Notes: a model not told the origin generated them from the letters alone. DNA of 64,000 nt from Alphaproteobacteria bacterium (GCA_051648545.1 JBOFFI010000010.1:19383-83382), one strand, 5' to 3'; counted from the stretch's first letter, positions 1 through 10,054 are shown. Numbers and translations: made by a program.

Positions 1-65
1 GCGGCCTAGTAAATCTAGGTAAGCGACGAATAATGATGTAATCAGATTATAAAGAGTCAGCTATA

Positions 66-857
66 TTACAAAAGATCAGCCATACTGCTCTTGGTCAGCC
101 GTGCTAACAATTTAGATTCCATAAACACCCCTCGCAAACTATAGCGGAAAAGCCCGAAAAACAAAGCAATCCATGCTAACAGCATGACCCCAAGGGGAAG
201 CAACATCTCTGGGTGGAGGGCAGGGCCCTTGGTTCGGAAAATGGAAGCTGGCTGATGAAGCGTGGTCCACCAGTACACAGATCCTTTAATAATAGGCACA
301 TTAAGCCAGCCAAAGATGGCCAGGTAAGCCGCAGGCTTTTGGGCTTGAAAAGGGTCATCAAAGACATGCCGGAGCCCGAGATAACCACCGTAGAGAAGCA
401 ATAAAACCAGCATAGACGTTAGGCGTGCGTCCCAAACCCACCAGGTGCCCCACATGGGTTTGCCCCACAGGATGCCTGTGACCAGGCTGATCAGAGTAAA
501 CACTGCACCGATGGGGGCAGCAGCGTTGGCGATTAAATCTCCCACCGGCGCCCGCCAAATTAAGAAAATACCACTTCCCAAAGCCATAAGGGTGTAGACA
601 GCTAAGGCTCCCCAAGAGGCTGGCACATGAATGTAGAGCATGCGCATCGCTTGCCCCTGTTGATAATCAGGGGGGGAGATGACCAAAGCAAGCGCTAATC
701 CTAGCGTCCATGTTATAAAAACCAGCATCCACGTAAAGTTTGCAGAAGCATCAAGCATGTCAAGCAAAGCAGATGGAGTTAATGAGCTGAAAATTTTTCT
801 CCCTCTTGGGTCTCTTATTTGTCCGTTTTTAATCCACTTTTTCTCGCTAGACTGCAT
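66..857 (-). CDS. ccmC: Heme ABC exporter permease CcmC (cytochrome c maturation)
   Basis: WGKPMWGTWWVWDARLTS tryptophan-rich motif, YIHVP and TLHQ His ligands, multiple TM helices; exact start uncertain. Confidence 0.95.
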   Translation of the reverse strand: MQSSEKKWIKNGQIRDPRGRKIFSSLTPSALLDMLDASANFTWMLVFITWTLGLALALVISPPDYQQGQAMRMLYIHVPASWGALAVYTLMALGSGIFLIWRAPVGDLIANAAAPIGAVFTLISLVTGILWGKPMWGTWWVWDARLTSMLVLLLLYGGYLGLRHVFDDPFQAQKPAAYLAIFGWLNVPIIKGSVYWWTTLHQPASIFRTKGPALHPEMLLPLGVMLLAWIALFFGLFRYSLRGVFMESKLLARLTKSSMADLL

Positions 858-1659
858 AGAATTGCTCCGCCAAAATGCGCTCTTCTAAATTGTGTTGGGC
901 GTCAAACAGCAAAAGAACGCTCACTTTTTCATCTTCAAAAATTGAAACTGATTTGACCTGCCGAATCTCTTGATCATCTGCAACAACGCTGACAGGGCGC
1001 TTGATAGAGTCCAGAACTTCTAGGGTTATAACAACGTCATGGGGCAGAATCGCTCCCCTCCAACGCCTGGGTCGAAAAGCGCTGATAGGCGTTAAAGCGA
1101 GCAAACGTGAACCAATGGGTAAGATGGGACCATGGGCTGAAAAATTATACGCCGTGCTTCCTGCTGGCGTTGAAACGAGGACACCATCACAAATGAGCTC
1201 TTGAAGTCGGGTTTTTCCATTAACAGAAATAGAGATTTTTGCAGCTTGATACGTCTCTCTCAGAAGAGAAATTTCGTTAAACGCCCAGGCTTCATGCTTT
1301 GTACCAGAAAGCGTCGTTGCCTGCATTTTCAGCAAATTAACATGGGTTCGGTGCCCTCGGCCCAACCGCTCAAAAATCTCACCCACAAGGCAGGGGCTGT
1401 TCATTAAAAAGCCAACGCTGCCATAGTTGATGCCATAAAAAGGTTTTTCATAATGCAAAAATTGATGGAGGGTGCGCAGCATGAACCCATCTCCCCCCAG
1501 AACAACAAAAGCATCTGCGTCTTCGGGGGCAGCTTGACCATAGGTTCCAACAAATTGGCGAAATACGTCTTGTGTTTCTGGAATGTTCTCACACGCCACA
1601 AAATGCAACGCCTGATAGGCTAGCGCCGCCGGTTTTTCTTTTCTATTTTTACCAGACAT
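847..1659 (-). CDS. nadK: NAD kinase
   Basis: VLGGDGFML, NE, and DGVLVSTPAGSTAYNFSAHGP motifs; true start may lie slightly downstream. Confidence 0.95.
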   Translation of the reverse strand: MSGKNRKEKPAALAYQALHFVACENIPETQDVFRQFVGTYGQAAPEDADAFVVLGGDGFMLRTLHQFLHYEKPFYGINYGSVGFLMNSPCLVGEIFERLGRGHRTHVNLLKMQATTLSGTKHEAWAFNEISLLRETYQAAKISISVNGKTRLQELICDGVLVSTPAGSTAYNFSAHGPILPIGSRLLALTPISAFRPRRWRGAILPHDVVITLEVLDSIKRPVSVVADDQEIRQVKSVSIFEDEKVSVLLLFDAQHNLEERILAEQFYAV

Positions 1660-2591
1660 TTTTTAAAATCCTTCGCCAGCCGACGCATGAGTTCTTCATA
1701 AAAGAAAGGTCCAGCCGTAATTTGATTTCCCAAAGGGTCCAATCGACCTGTATGAATTTTATGGGAATCCAGGAAAATCCGCAAACGGCTCGCCTCAAAC
1801 TGGGGTTCCAGAAAAACGCATAGATCTGGATTTTTTGATAATAATTCAAGCACATGACCAAACTCTCTGGGTTTTAGAGGAGATTCTGGGGAAGCAAGCA
1901 TGACATCTAAGGTTTTAAGCTGGTAACGGTCTTCGAAATATTGATAAGCATCATGAAACACGATAAACGGCTGTTCTTTAAAAGGCTCAAGCTGATGTGT
2001 TAATTCTTCATGCAGGTTAACAAGGCGCTGTTCTAATGTTTTTAAATTAGCCTGGTAGGTTTTAGAAAACTTAGGGTCTAGTTCGATCAGCTTGGCTGCT
2101 AAAAATTGAACAATTTTTTGAGCCCGAACAGGGTCTAGCCAGATATGTCCATCTGGGCCAATGGCGTGATGGTGTGCGTGCTTGGCTGAAATAGGGTTCA
2201 GATATTCCCGGATTCTGAGCCAGTCAAAGGTTGGCTCATTTTGGAGGGTGATGACCTTTTCAGGATCAAGGGATTGAATGCTTTTCGCAACCCCGGCTTC
2301 AACTGAGGGGCCAAACCAAACCACACAATCTGCCTTTTTAAGATAAAACACATCTTTAGGATTAAGGGAGGCCGTATGGGGTGACCCTTTTCGTTTCAGC
2401 AATAATAAAGGATAACCTCGTCCTTGCATCAAAAATGCAACCCAGCTGTGAAGGGGTTTTAGGGTTACGACAATGCGGGGAGGCCCAGCGTCAGAAAAAG
2501 CTATCTGCACGCCTCCACCTAAAAAAAACCAAAAACAAAAAAATAAGCATATAAAGCTTTTTAGGGTTATTTTTTCTGATTGGGCTTTCAT
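1620..2591 (-). CDS. znuA: Zinc ABC transporter substrate-binding protein
   Basis: SPH, His-rich loop HAHHH, DGHIWLDP, FHDAYQYFE; start placed at ATG 2591 overlapping the atm1 stop, followed by a signal-like hydrophobic segment. Confidence 0.9.
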   Translation of the reverse strand: MKAQSEKITLKSFICLFFCFWFFLGGGVQIAFSDAGPPRIVVTLKPLHSWVAFLMQGRGYPLLLLKRKGSPHTASLNPKDVFYLKKADCVVWFGPSVEAGVAKSIQSLDPEKVITLQNEPTFDWLRIREYLNPISAKHAHHHAIGPDGHIWLDPVRAQKIVQFLAAKLIELDPKFSKTYQANLKTLEQRLVNLHEELTHQLEPFKEQPFIVFHDAYQYFEDRYQLKTLDVMLASPESPLKPREFGHVLELLSKNPDLCVFLEPQFEASRLRIFLDSHKIHTGRLDPLGNQITAGPFFYEELMRRLAKDFKKCLVKIEKKNRRR

Positions 2592-4384
2592 GACTTTACC
2601 CCCTCTGTTTGGCGTTGTTGCTTTTCCCACAGTGCAGCATAAACGCCCCCTTGGGACAGAAGCTGTTGATGGGTACCTCTTTCCGAAACACAACCCCGGT
2701 TTAAGACAAGGATCTCATCGGCATCCACAACGGTTGATAAGCGGTGTGCTATCACTAACGTTGTATACTTTGCCGCAATTTCACGCAAGTTTTCTTGAAT
2801 CATTTTTTCTGTTTTCGTATCTAGGGACGACGTGGCTTCGTCAAAAATAAAAATGTTGGCTTGTTTAAGGATCGCCCTTGCAATGGCAACCCGCTGCTTT
2901 TCTCCCCCTGAAAGCTTGAGCCCTCGCTCGCCCACAATGGTTTGGTATTGCTCCGGAAGCTCCATAATAAAATCATGGATATGGGCTTGTCGCGCCGCAT
3001 CGTAGACTGCTTCGGGGGAGGCTGCTAAATGACCGTAAGCAATGTTATAAAAAAGCGTGTCATTGAAAAGAATCGTGTCCTGGGGAACAATGGCAAGCCT
3101 TCGCCTTACGCTTGCTTGGGTTAGGGTTCGGATATCCGTTCCATCCAAACGAACCTCACCAGAGATGGGGTCAAAAAATCGAAAAAGCAAATGGAGGATG
3201 GTGGATTTACCTGATCCGCTTGGGCCCACAATCGCAAGGGTTTTTCCAGGAGATAAAACGAAAGAAACCTCTTGAAGGATACGGCGCTTGGAAGAATAAG
3301 AGAAAGAAACCTTATCAAACATGATTTCGCCCTTGCCATCAGGCGCATCCAATGCACCCGGCGCATCTTCAATTTTTTCTCTTAAATCTAGTAATGCAAA
3401 CATTTCTTCCATGTTAAGCAGGGCAAGCTTCAGCTCTCTATAGGCAAACCCCAGCACGTTAAGAGGAATGTAAATTTGTAATAAATAGGCGTTCACTAAA
3501 ACAAAATCTCCCAAAGAGATTGTTTGGGCCATAACAGCTTTGGACCCAAAAAACATTACGAGGCTCAAGCCCAAGGTGATGATAACGGCTTGGCCAAAAT
3601 TTAAGAATGCTAAACTCAGCCGAACGTTGACAGCAGAATTTTCATATTGTTTAAGAGAATTATGGAAAGATTCAGCTTCATAGACTTCGTTCCCAAAATA
3701 TTTAACCGTTGCATAATTCAACAGGCTGTCCAGGGATTTTCCGCTAAGTTCGCCATCAATGCGATTACTTTCTTTAACTAAAGGGGTTCGCCATTCTGAA
3801 ACAACCAAGGTAAAAGAGGTATAGACAATTAAGGTAAGCAGAGTCAAAAACCCAAAAACGAATGGATAAAACGCAAAAAGCACCAAGCACGCCAAAAAAA
3901 TTTCTAAGAATGTAGGGAAAATATTGAACACGAGAAAACGGAAAAACGCTTCAATACTCTTGATGCCTCGTTCAATTCCACGGCTTAAGTTGCCGGTTTT
4001 ACGGTTTAAATGAAAGGATAAGCTTAATCCATGAAGGTGCTCAAAAATGGATAATGCAACGTGGCGAATGGCTTGTTGTTCAACCCGAGCAAAAAGAGCG
4101 TCTCGCACTTCCGAAAAGAACGAGGCCGACATGCGCAGCGCACCATAAGATAAAATCAGCCCCATCACCCCAAAAATCAGCGATTGCTGAGCCCCACCTT
4201 GGAGCGCATCCACAACCATTTTATAAACAAAAGGAACAAACGTTAGAAACAGCTTTGCAAAGATCAAACACAAAAAACTCGCCACAACCCGCAAACGGAT
4301 AGGCACATCAGAAGCCGGCCAAAGAAAAGGCCATAGCCTTTTAAAAGCAGAAAAAAGTTTGATATTTTGAATCTGGAAATGAAT
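2588..4384 (-). CDS. atm1: Atm1/ABCB7-type ABC exporter (fused TMD+NBD)
   Basis: Walker A GPSGSGKS, GERGLKLSGGEKQRVAIAR, DEATSSLD, DSLLNY; frame stays open upstream of GTG 4306 to a TAG at 4403-4405 and encodes LWPFLWP; start at ATT 4384 is inferred. Confidence 0.9.
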   Translation of the reverse strand: MHFQIQNIKLFSAFKRLWPFLWPASDVPIRLRVVASFLCLIFAKLFLTFVPFVYKMVVDALQGGAQQSLIFGVMGLILSYGALRMSASFFSEVRDALFARVEQQAIRHVALSIFEHLHGLSLSFHLNRKTGNLSRGIERGIKSIEAFFRFLVFNIFPTFLEIFLACLVLFAFYPFVFGFLTLLTLIVYTSFTLVVSEWRTPLVKESNRIDGELSGKSLDSLLNYATVKYFGNEVYEAESFHNSLKQYENSAVNVRLSLAFLNFGQAVIITLGLSLVMFFGSKAVMAQTISLGDFVLVNAYLLQIYIPLNVLGFAYRELKLALLNMEEMFALLDLREKIEDAPGALDAPDGKGEIMFDKVSFSYSSKRRILQEVSFVLSPGKTLAIVGPSGSGKSTILHLLFRFFDPISGEVRLDGTDIRTLTQASVRRRLAIVPQDTILFNDTLFYNIAYGHLAASPEAVYDAARQAHIHDFIMELPEQYQTIVGERGLKLSGGEKQRVAIARAILKQANIFIFDEATSSLDTKTEKMIQENLREIAAKYTTLVIAHRLSTVVDADEILVLNRGCVSERGTHQQLLSQGGVYAALWEKQQRQTEGVKS

Positions 4385-4431
4385 GAGAAAAAAGCCTTCC
4401 AGCTACTTTTTTTATGTACCCAACGCCTAAT

Positions 4432-4507
4432 TGGCTCCCCGGGACGGACTCGAACCGCCGACCCAGTGGTTAACAGCCACTTGCTCTACCGACTGAGCTA
4501 CCGGGGA
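4432..4507 (-). tRNA. tRNA-Asn(GTT)
   Basis: TCCCCGGTAGCTCAGTCGGTAGAGC...GTTAA...GGTTCGAGTCC...GGGGAGCCA; 76-nt cloverleaf with encoded CCA. Confidence 0.97.
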
Positions 4508-4678
4508 ACACATAGAGCACCTTATAGCATATTTTTAAAACAGGTGTGAACTTTTTTTTAAAAAATCATTTTTTTCATTTTATTTAAATTTTCAACTGGA
4601 TTGTTTGAAAATTTAATCAAAAATTGTTAATTTTTGTGGCACAATGCATTGAATTAATGATTTATTTTTTTCAGAAAG

Positions 4679-5587
4679 TTGTGGAACATGAACAAAAACT
4701 ACTTGAGAATTTTTTTTTTTCTATTCGTTTGTTTCGTTTCATCTTGTAGGGGAGGCCTCGTAATCCAACCTCTTATCAGCAGTGAATCTTCCCTCGAGGA
4801 ATTTTCAAAAAAAAAGAGCTGCCCTCTTAAGCCAAAAAAAATTAAAATCCAAGGGCTTTTTGGGAAAATTTACATAAAACCTTCGGCTTCAAAAGAGCTA
4901 CGGCTCGAATATGAAGGCATTTCTGATGAATTGGCTAACTTGATCAATGTGATTTACTATAAACCATCTGACCAACAAAGCCGTTTAAACATAGACGCAA
5001 GTGGCATCAAGTTGAAAAATAGTTCACAAAAAACAGCTATACTCTATAGAAGCGCTTCGTTTGGCCCATTTTCTCAACAAGCTCAAGCTTTGTCGGTTGA
5101 ACAATCAAAACTTATAGCGTCTGATCGTGTGGAGATCGAAAAAAAAGAGGCCGCCAATGCTATTTTCCACGTTCACTTGCCAAGCTCTGCTGATGAATTT
5201 GAATTGGCAGCAACTAGTTTTCCCATAGTTGCCCAATTTGAAAAGCATTTTAAAGGGACGCTCCATCTTCTTGCTAATCAACCCTGCAAATTAGTTAATT
5301 CAAGCATCACAACAATTGATGCGAGTGTTATGGGGGAAGTGAGCTCCCTTGTGCTGGAAAAAACCTATGTGGAAAAGTTAAATGCAAGATTGGTCAACGG
5401 TGGTGCTGTTAGATACATCAATTCAAGCATCAGGGAAAGAGATAATGTTGACGTTGAAGTTGAGGTATCTGGAAAGCTGACATACGACTTTCAAGAACTA
5501 ACCCTGGATGCGGGTAAGGTTAATTTAGCATTAATGATAAAAAATTTAGGAACAGGCAACTCAAAAAAGCAACCGCCGAAATTATGA
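4679..5587 (+). CDS. Hypothetical lipoprotein, beta-strand-rich (possibly adhesin-like)
   Basis: 302-aa ORF; basic N-terminus, hydrophobic stretch, then VSSC lipobox-like Cys; start probably ATG 4688. Confidence 0.6.
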   Translation: MWNMNKNYLRIFFFLFVCFVSSCRGGLVIQPLISSESSLEEFSKKKSCPLKPKKIKIQGLFGKIYIKPSASKELRLEYEGISDELANLINVIYYKPSDQQSRLNIDASGIKLKNSSQKTAILYRSASFGPFSQQAQALSVEQSKLIASDRVEIEKKEAANAIFHVHLPSSADEFELAATSFPIVAQFEKHFKGTLHLLANQPCKLVNSSITTIDASVMGEVSSLVLEKTYVEKLNARLVNGGAVRYINSSIRERDNVDVEVEVSGKLTYDFQELTLDAGKVNLALMIKNLGTGNSKKQPPKL

Positions 5588-5608
5588 AAAAATTTTGGCA
5601 GAAAACGG

Positions 5609-5684
5609 TGGTGCCCGGAACTGGAATTGAACCAGTGACACATGGATTTTCAGTCCATTGCTCTACCAACTGAGCTATCCGGGC
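5609..5684 (-). tRNA. tRNA-Phe(GAA)
   Basis: GCCCGGATAGCTCAGTTGGTAGAGC...CTGAAAA...GGTTCAATTCC...GGGCACCA; 76 nt. Confidence 0.97.
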
Positions 5685-5924
5685 GAGAGGCCATAAACAC
5701 CTTCTAGAACAGAACCTTAGAAAAAAAAGCGTCACTTGTCTAGGGAGTTTTTTTTCAGCAGAGATTACAAAGCTTTTACAAAGAAAATGAATTAGCTAAA
5801 AAGCTTAATTTTTAGTTAAATTCATCAATAACCCTTTCTGTCAAAAATATATTTAAAAAATATTAATAAATTGGAGATATTCTGATAATGATTTGTAATT
5901 AAAGATATTTATGAGGGAAAAAGC

Positions 5925-8909
5925 ATGTCAAAATTTCATCCATCTAAGTTTCGTTTATGGATTCTGGCCCTTGTGCTTTTAAATGCAGACGCTTTGTATG
6001 CAACAGGAGTTAAGGCTGCGGGCATTTTTTTGTACACACCTTGTCCTCAGAGTCCTAATGAATATTGCGCCATTTTAGGGATGCGGAAATTTGGTAACGA
6101 AGCAGGGTCCTTTGCAAATCCAGGTGGGTTTGTAGATTCAGGAGAAAATTTTGCTGATGCGGCAATTCGTGAAACCATGGAAGAGATGGGCTATGTGTTT
6201 AAATTCAATGCAGAAGATTTGGGTAAAAATTTTGAAAATTTATCCCGCAGAAGTTCTATCTCATACACAAGCAAAACAGACCACAAAGTTTTGGGGGATT
6301 TAGATGTTAATTACCGGCTCTTTTTTAAAGAAGTCTCTCCAATCACAGCCCAGGCTTTGATGGAAGCTGCTAAAAATGGGAAAAAGCTTCACGGGGGCGG
6401 AGAATCTGTTGCTTTTGCATTGGTGCCCATCAAAGCTGTTTACGAGGCTGTTACAGAGGGCAAACCCATCCGCATTGATGGGACGAATCAAAATATTTTT
6501 GCTTTTGACCCAAGCCATAAAGAATTTTCTATCACGCCGACAGCAGATTATGACATCAAGCTCTTTAGCCCCTTCCGAGATATGCTCAAGATGCATGAAA
6601 ACGAGAAAAAGGAGGAAAACAAAATCGGTTGGCTGCGTTGGTTACAGGGCAAGCCTGTAGAGACGGACCTGCTTCGTAAAAAAGAGTTGACAGATTCCCT
6701 TAACCAAAAGTTTGGGAAGGAACCTTCATCGAACCAACGAACAGAGCTTGGCATCAAAGGTGGAACGGGGGAACAATACACCCTAGCTAAAGATGAAGAA
6801 ACAGGTAAAGATCGCTTAATTCACCGCAATCAAAAAACATCAAGCCCAGAAAATTTGCCCTTCACTGCCAGTGAGGCTCACATGCGCTTGTTGATGGCAA
6901 CCCTTACAAAAGATAGAAAATACCTGGATGGGAATCAGCTCAGCTTTCAAGCTGTTCTTAAGGATTTCTTGGAAGAATACGCCATGGATGGAATTCCGGA
7001 GGAAGATAAGGGGGGCTCCCTCAATCACCGACAGCTCAACTTTTTTAAAAAAATTGATGAGAAAATGGTGTCACAAATTAAAAAGGTACTTGAGCAAGAA
7101 CAAAAGCATAAAAAAGATTATGTCTTGTACCATGCCTTGAACCATATCAACGCTTTTTTCCATGATGTTTTAAGTGTGCTTCGAGCAGAGCTTTCAGGAA
7201 ATCCCGGAGCTGTCAATGTAGGAGGCATTTGGGACGAAGGGTTTGCGAAGCAAGACATCTATACGCTTCAGCACCTCTTTGAGTATGCTGATAACAAAGG
7301 AAAAGACTATCAATATGATCAGTATAAAAATGTGATGTTATCTGTAAATCCAGGGCTTTTCTTCAATAATAATGTAGACCTTGAATATACCCTGCGCTAT
7401 TGGCTTACAGATTTTTCCCACACATTTTCAGGCGGGGCAGACGCACTTGAGTCTGCGTTTCGTTCCCTCGGCATTTCAAAAGAAGCCATGGAAAACCTGA
7501 AAAATCACTATCATGAAATGAAGGAAGCAGGCCTCACGCCCAAAAATGGTCGTTTGCTTCAAATGTTTGTGGACCCTGCGGTGATTGACCAAGTCGCTTA
7601 TGTTTCCGATGGTAACCGCCCGTTACAACATGCTATTCCCGATGGAGGTAAAGCGCTTTCTGCACCGTCTAACATCCTCTATCAGCTGCGCCAAGACCCT
7701 TATTTTTTTGAAAACAATGTTTTGGGCAAGGCTCAAATGACGGTAAAAGAGAAGGCCGAGCCACGTCCCAACGCCAATTTCATGCAGCTGCGCTTCTTGC
7801 CTTTTTCAGACATTGTTTCGAAGGGGTATAATTTTACAACCTATGTCTATGATCTCAATGATCAAAGAACCCCAGAACAAAAGAAAGTTTATAAAGATCA
7901 GTTGATTGCGTTTGTGAAACAAGCACTGGTACCAGCCTTCAAACAAGGTCTCAACGAATTCAAATTTAAAGGTCAATTGGAAGCACCCAAAGCCCTTCAA
8001 ACATTTGAAAAAGAAAACCCTGGCGCTGTAAGCTATCGCCCCAAAGCCCAGGTTGTGAAGTCTTGGATGGAGACAAACAATACCCAAGAGCTCATCAATT
8101 TTGTGAAAACCTATCCAGATGCCTTTGATACCGCGGTGGATGAGCATCATAGCCCTATAGGAGTTTTCACCACCACCCTTTTAGATGATCTGTTTGAGAA
8201 GAAAGAATGGAGTTTGCTGGTGCAGCTTTTAAATGCTTCAGAAAAGCGAACATTAAACATAAAAAAGGCGAGTGCATTGGCCTATGGTTTGGGAAAAACA
8301 AATATTGACATGGTAAAACAAGTTTTAGACGCTCTTAAAAAACATGACGTTTCTGAAGAATTTTATAACAATTTCTTGTTTTCTCTTTTTAACGATAGCC
8401 ACAAAAATTTCTTAAGCCAGTATCCTGAAAATGCTGATAAACGCGAACTATCTTTGTCAATTGCTGAGAAGATGCTGGGGGACAAGATGGTTACTTTAGA
8501 GAATGTTACAAATCAAGTGCTTAGAAGCAATTTTGCCTATCTTTCTGTTTTCAATTGGTTTGCGGAAACACATCACTATACAGATTGGGTATCTCCTGCC
8601 GGTTTGAGAACCATTTTTAAAGACAACATGGATAATATCATGCCCGGTGGAGCGTATTATACAAAAGAAACAGCTCCTGTTTGGCACAAAGACCTTGAGA
8701 CGTTTTTAGGGCATTGCTTCCAAGGTATCCAAGCGAAAAAGATAGATGTGAGCAAGATTTTTACTTATAGTCGTGATTACAGAGACAAGCCAACCCCAGA
8801 AGCTTTTGCTTTGCTCCAAAAATTTCACGATGCTTTGGAAGCGGCAAATCTAGCCCCCAACCTGGCGGTCTCTCTTAAAAATTACCTGGATCTATACAAA
8901 GAAAAATAA
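5925..8909 (+). CDS. Exported Nudix hydrolase fused to a large uncharacterised region
   Basis: Signal peptide (LWILALVLLNADALYA); exact Nudix box GFVDSGENFADAAIRETMEEMGY; 994 aa; GAGG RBS. Confidence 0.8.
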   Translation: MSKFHPSKFRLWILALVLLNADALYATGVKAAGIFLYTPCPQSPNEYCAILGMRKFGNEAGSFANPGGFVDSGENFADAAIRETMEEMGYVFKFNAEDLGKNFENLSRRSSISYTSKTDHKVLGDLDVNYRLFFKEVSPITAQALMEAAKNGKKLHGGGESVAFALVPIKAVYEAVTEGKPIRIDGTNQNIFAFDPSHKEFSITPTADYDIKLFSPFRDMLKMHENEKKEENKIGWLRWLQGKPVETDLLRKKELTDSLNQKFGKEPSSNQRTELGIKGGTGEQYTLAKDEETGKDRLIHRNQKTSSPENLPFTASEAHMRLLMATLTKDRKYLDGNQLSFQAVLKDFLEEYAMDGIPEEDKGGSLNHRQLNFFKKIDEKMVSQIKKVLEQEQKHKKDYVLYHALNHINAFFHDVLSVLRAELSGNPGAVNVGGIWDEGFAKQDIYTLQHLFEYADNKGKDYQYDQYKNVMLSVNPGLFFNNNVDLEYTLRYWLTDFSHTFSGGADALESAFRSLGISKEAMENLKNHYHEMKEAGLTPKNGRLLQMFVDPAVIDQVAYVSDGNRPLQHAIPDGGKALSAPSNILYQLRQDPYFFENNVLGKAQMTVKEKAEPRPNANFMQLRFLPFSDIVSKGYNFTTYVYDLNDQRTPEQKKVYKDQLIAFVKQALVPAFKQGLNEFKFKGQLEAPKALQTFEKENPGAVSYRPKAQVVKSWMETNNTQELINFVKTYPDAFDTAVDEHHSPIGVFTTTLLDDLFEKKEWSLLVQLLNASEKRTLNIKKASALAYGLGKTNIDMVKQVLDALKKHDVSEEFYNNFLFSLFNDSHKNFLSQYPENADKRELSLSIAEKMLGDKMVTLENVTNQVLRSNFAYLSVFNWFAETHHYTDWVSPAGLRTIFKDNMDNIMPGGAYYTKETAPVWHKDLETFLGHCFQGIQAKKIDVSKIFTYSRDYRDKPTPEAFALLQKFHDALEAANLAPNLAVSLKNYLDLYKEK

Positions 8910-9005
8910 AGTTTTAAGAAAATTTGGTAAGGCGGGCTGGCCAATTGATCTGCGTTTCGTTATAATCCCACAGGGATTTAAGAAAAAAAAACGGAGAAAA
9001 AACGG

Positions 9006-10025
9006 ATGTCAGTTCGCGTTGCAATCAACGGATTTGGGCGCATCGGCCGGTTGGTCTTGCGGGCGCTTTTAGAAAAACAGCACCAGGAAATTGAAGTGGT
9101 TGCCCTTAATGATTTGGGCTCTCCTGAAAGCAGCCTGCACCTTTTTCAATATGATTCTGTTCACGGGGGCTTGCCGTTGACCGCCAGCCTTCACAAAGAA
9201 AGCGCGGCAACCTACCTTCAAACGCCATCCCAGAAGATCAAGATTGTGTCAGAGCCAAACCCAGAGAAGCTTCCCTGGGGAGAGGCGCAGGTTGATGTCG
9301 TTTTAGAATGCTCAGGCCGCTTCACAAGCCGGGAAAAGGCAGAAGCACATCTGCGGGCAGGGGCCAAGAAAGTGCTCATTTCCGCCCCAGCAGAAAATGT
9401 GGACAAAACCGTTGTGTTTGGGGTGAACCATAAAACCCTCAAGCCCAGCGATCGCATTGTCTCAAATGCATCTTGCACCACCAATTGCTTGGCGCCCGTT
9501 GTGTCGGTCTTGCAAAAAACCGTGGGGTTGGTGCACGGCTATATGACAACGATCCATGCCTATACAGGAGACCAGAGCTTGGTTGATATGCATCATCCTG
9601 ATCCGCGACGGGCACGGGCCGCAGCGCTTTCCATGATCCCCTCCACCACAGGGGCAGCAAAAGCCGTGGGGCTGGTGATTCCAGAACTGCAGGGGAAGTT
9701 AGATGGCACAGCCATCCGCGTGCCGGTTCCCAATGTTTCTTTGGTTGACCTCACTTTCGTTGCTTCTCATCCCACAACACCTTCACAAATCAATGGGCAC
9801 CTTGAAGAAGCCGCCGCGGGAGACCTTGCCGGCATTCTGGCCATCAACGCATTGCCCCTTGTTTCAACGGATTTTAACCATAACCCGGCCAGCTCTATTT
9901 TTGACACCACCCAAACCCAAGTCGTTGACGGGGTTTTTTGCAGGGTTTTAAGCTGGTATGATAACGAATGGGGCTTTTCAAACCGCATGGGGGATGTGGC
10001 CACGTTGATGGGAAAGCTGGGGTAG
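9006..10025 (+). CDS. gap: Type I glyceraldehyde-3-phosphate dehydrogenase
   Basis: INGFGRIGR, SNASCTTNCL, SWYDNEWGFS. Confidence 0.97.
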   Translation: MSVRVAINGFGRIGRLVLRALLEKQHQEIEVVALNDLGSPESSLHLFQYDSVHGGLPLTASLHKESAATYLQTPSQKIKIVSEPNPEKLPWGEAQVDVVLECSGRFTSREKAEAHLRAGAKKVLISAPAENVDKTVVFGVNHKTLKPSDRIVSNASCTTNCLAPVVSVLQKTVGLVHGYMTTIHAYTGDQSLVDMHHPDPRRARAAALSMIPSTTGAAKAVGLVIPELQGKLDGTAIRVPVPNVSLVDLTFVASHPTTPSQINGHLEEAAAGDLAGILAINALPLVSTDFNHNPASSIFDTTQTQVVDGVFCRVLSWYDNEWGFSNRMGDVATLMGKLG

Positions 10026-10026
10026 G

Positions 10027-10054
10027 AAAGGGGCGCGCCTTTGGCTGCCCCTTT
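10027..10054. terminator. Probable bidirectional intrinsic terminator
   Basis: aaaggggc...gcc ttt ggc..gccccttt inverted repeat between convergent gap and F-box gene. Confidence 0.65.

Noticed and set aside
1-65. ccmD downstream of ccmC
   Set aside because: No convincing start or ORF in the 65 nt available; window edge
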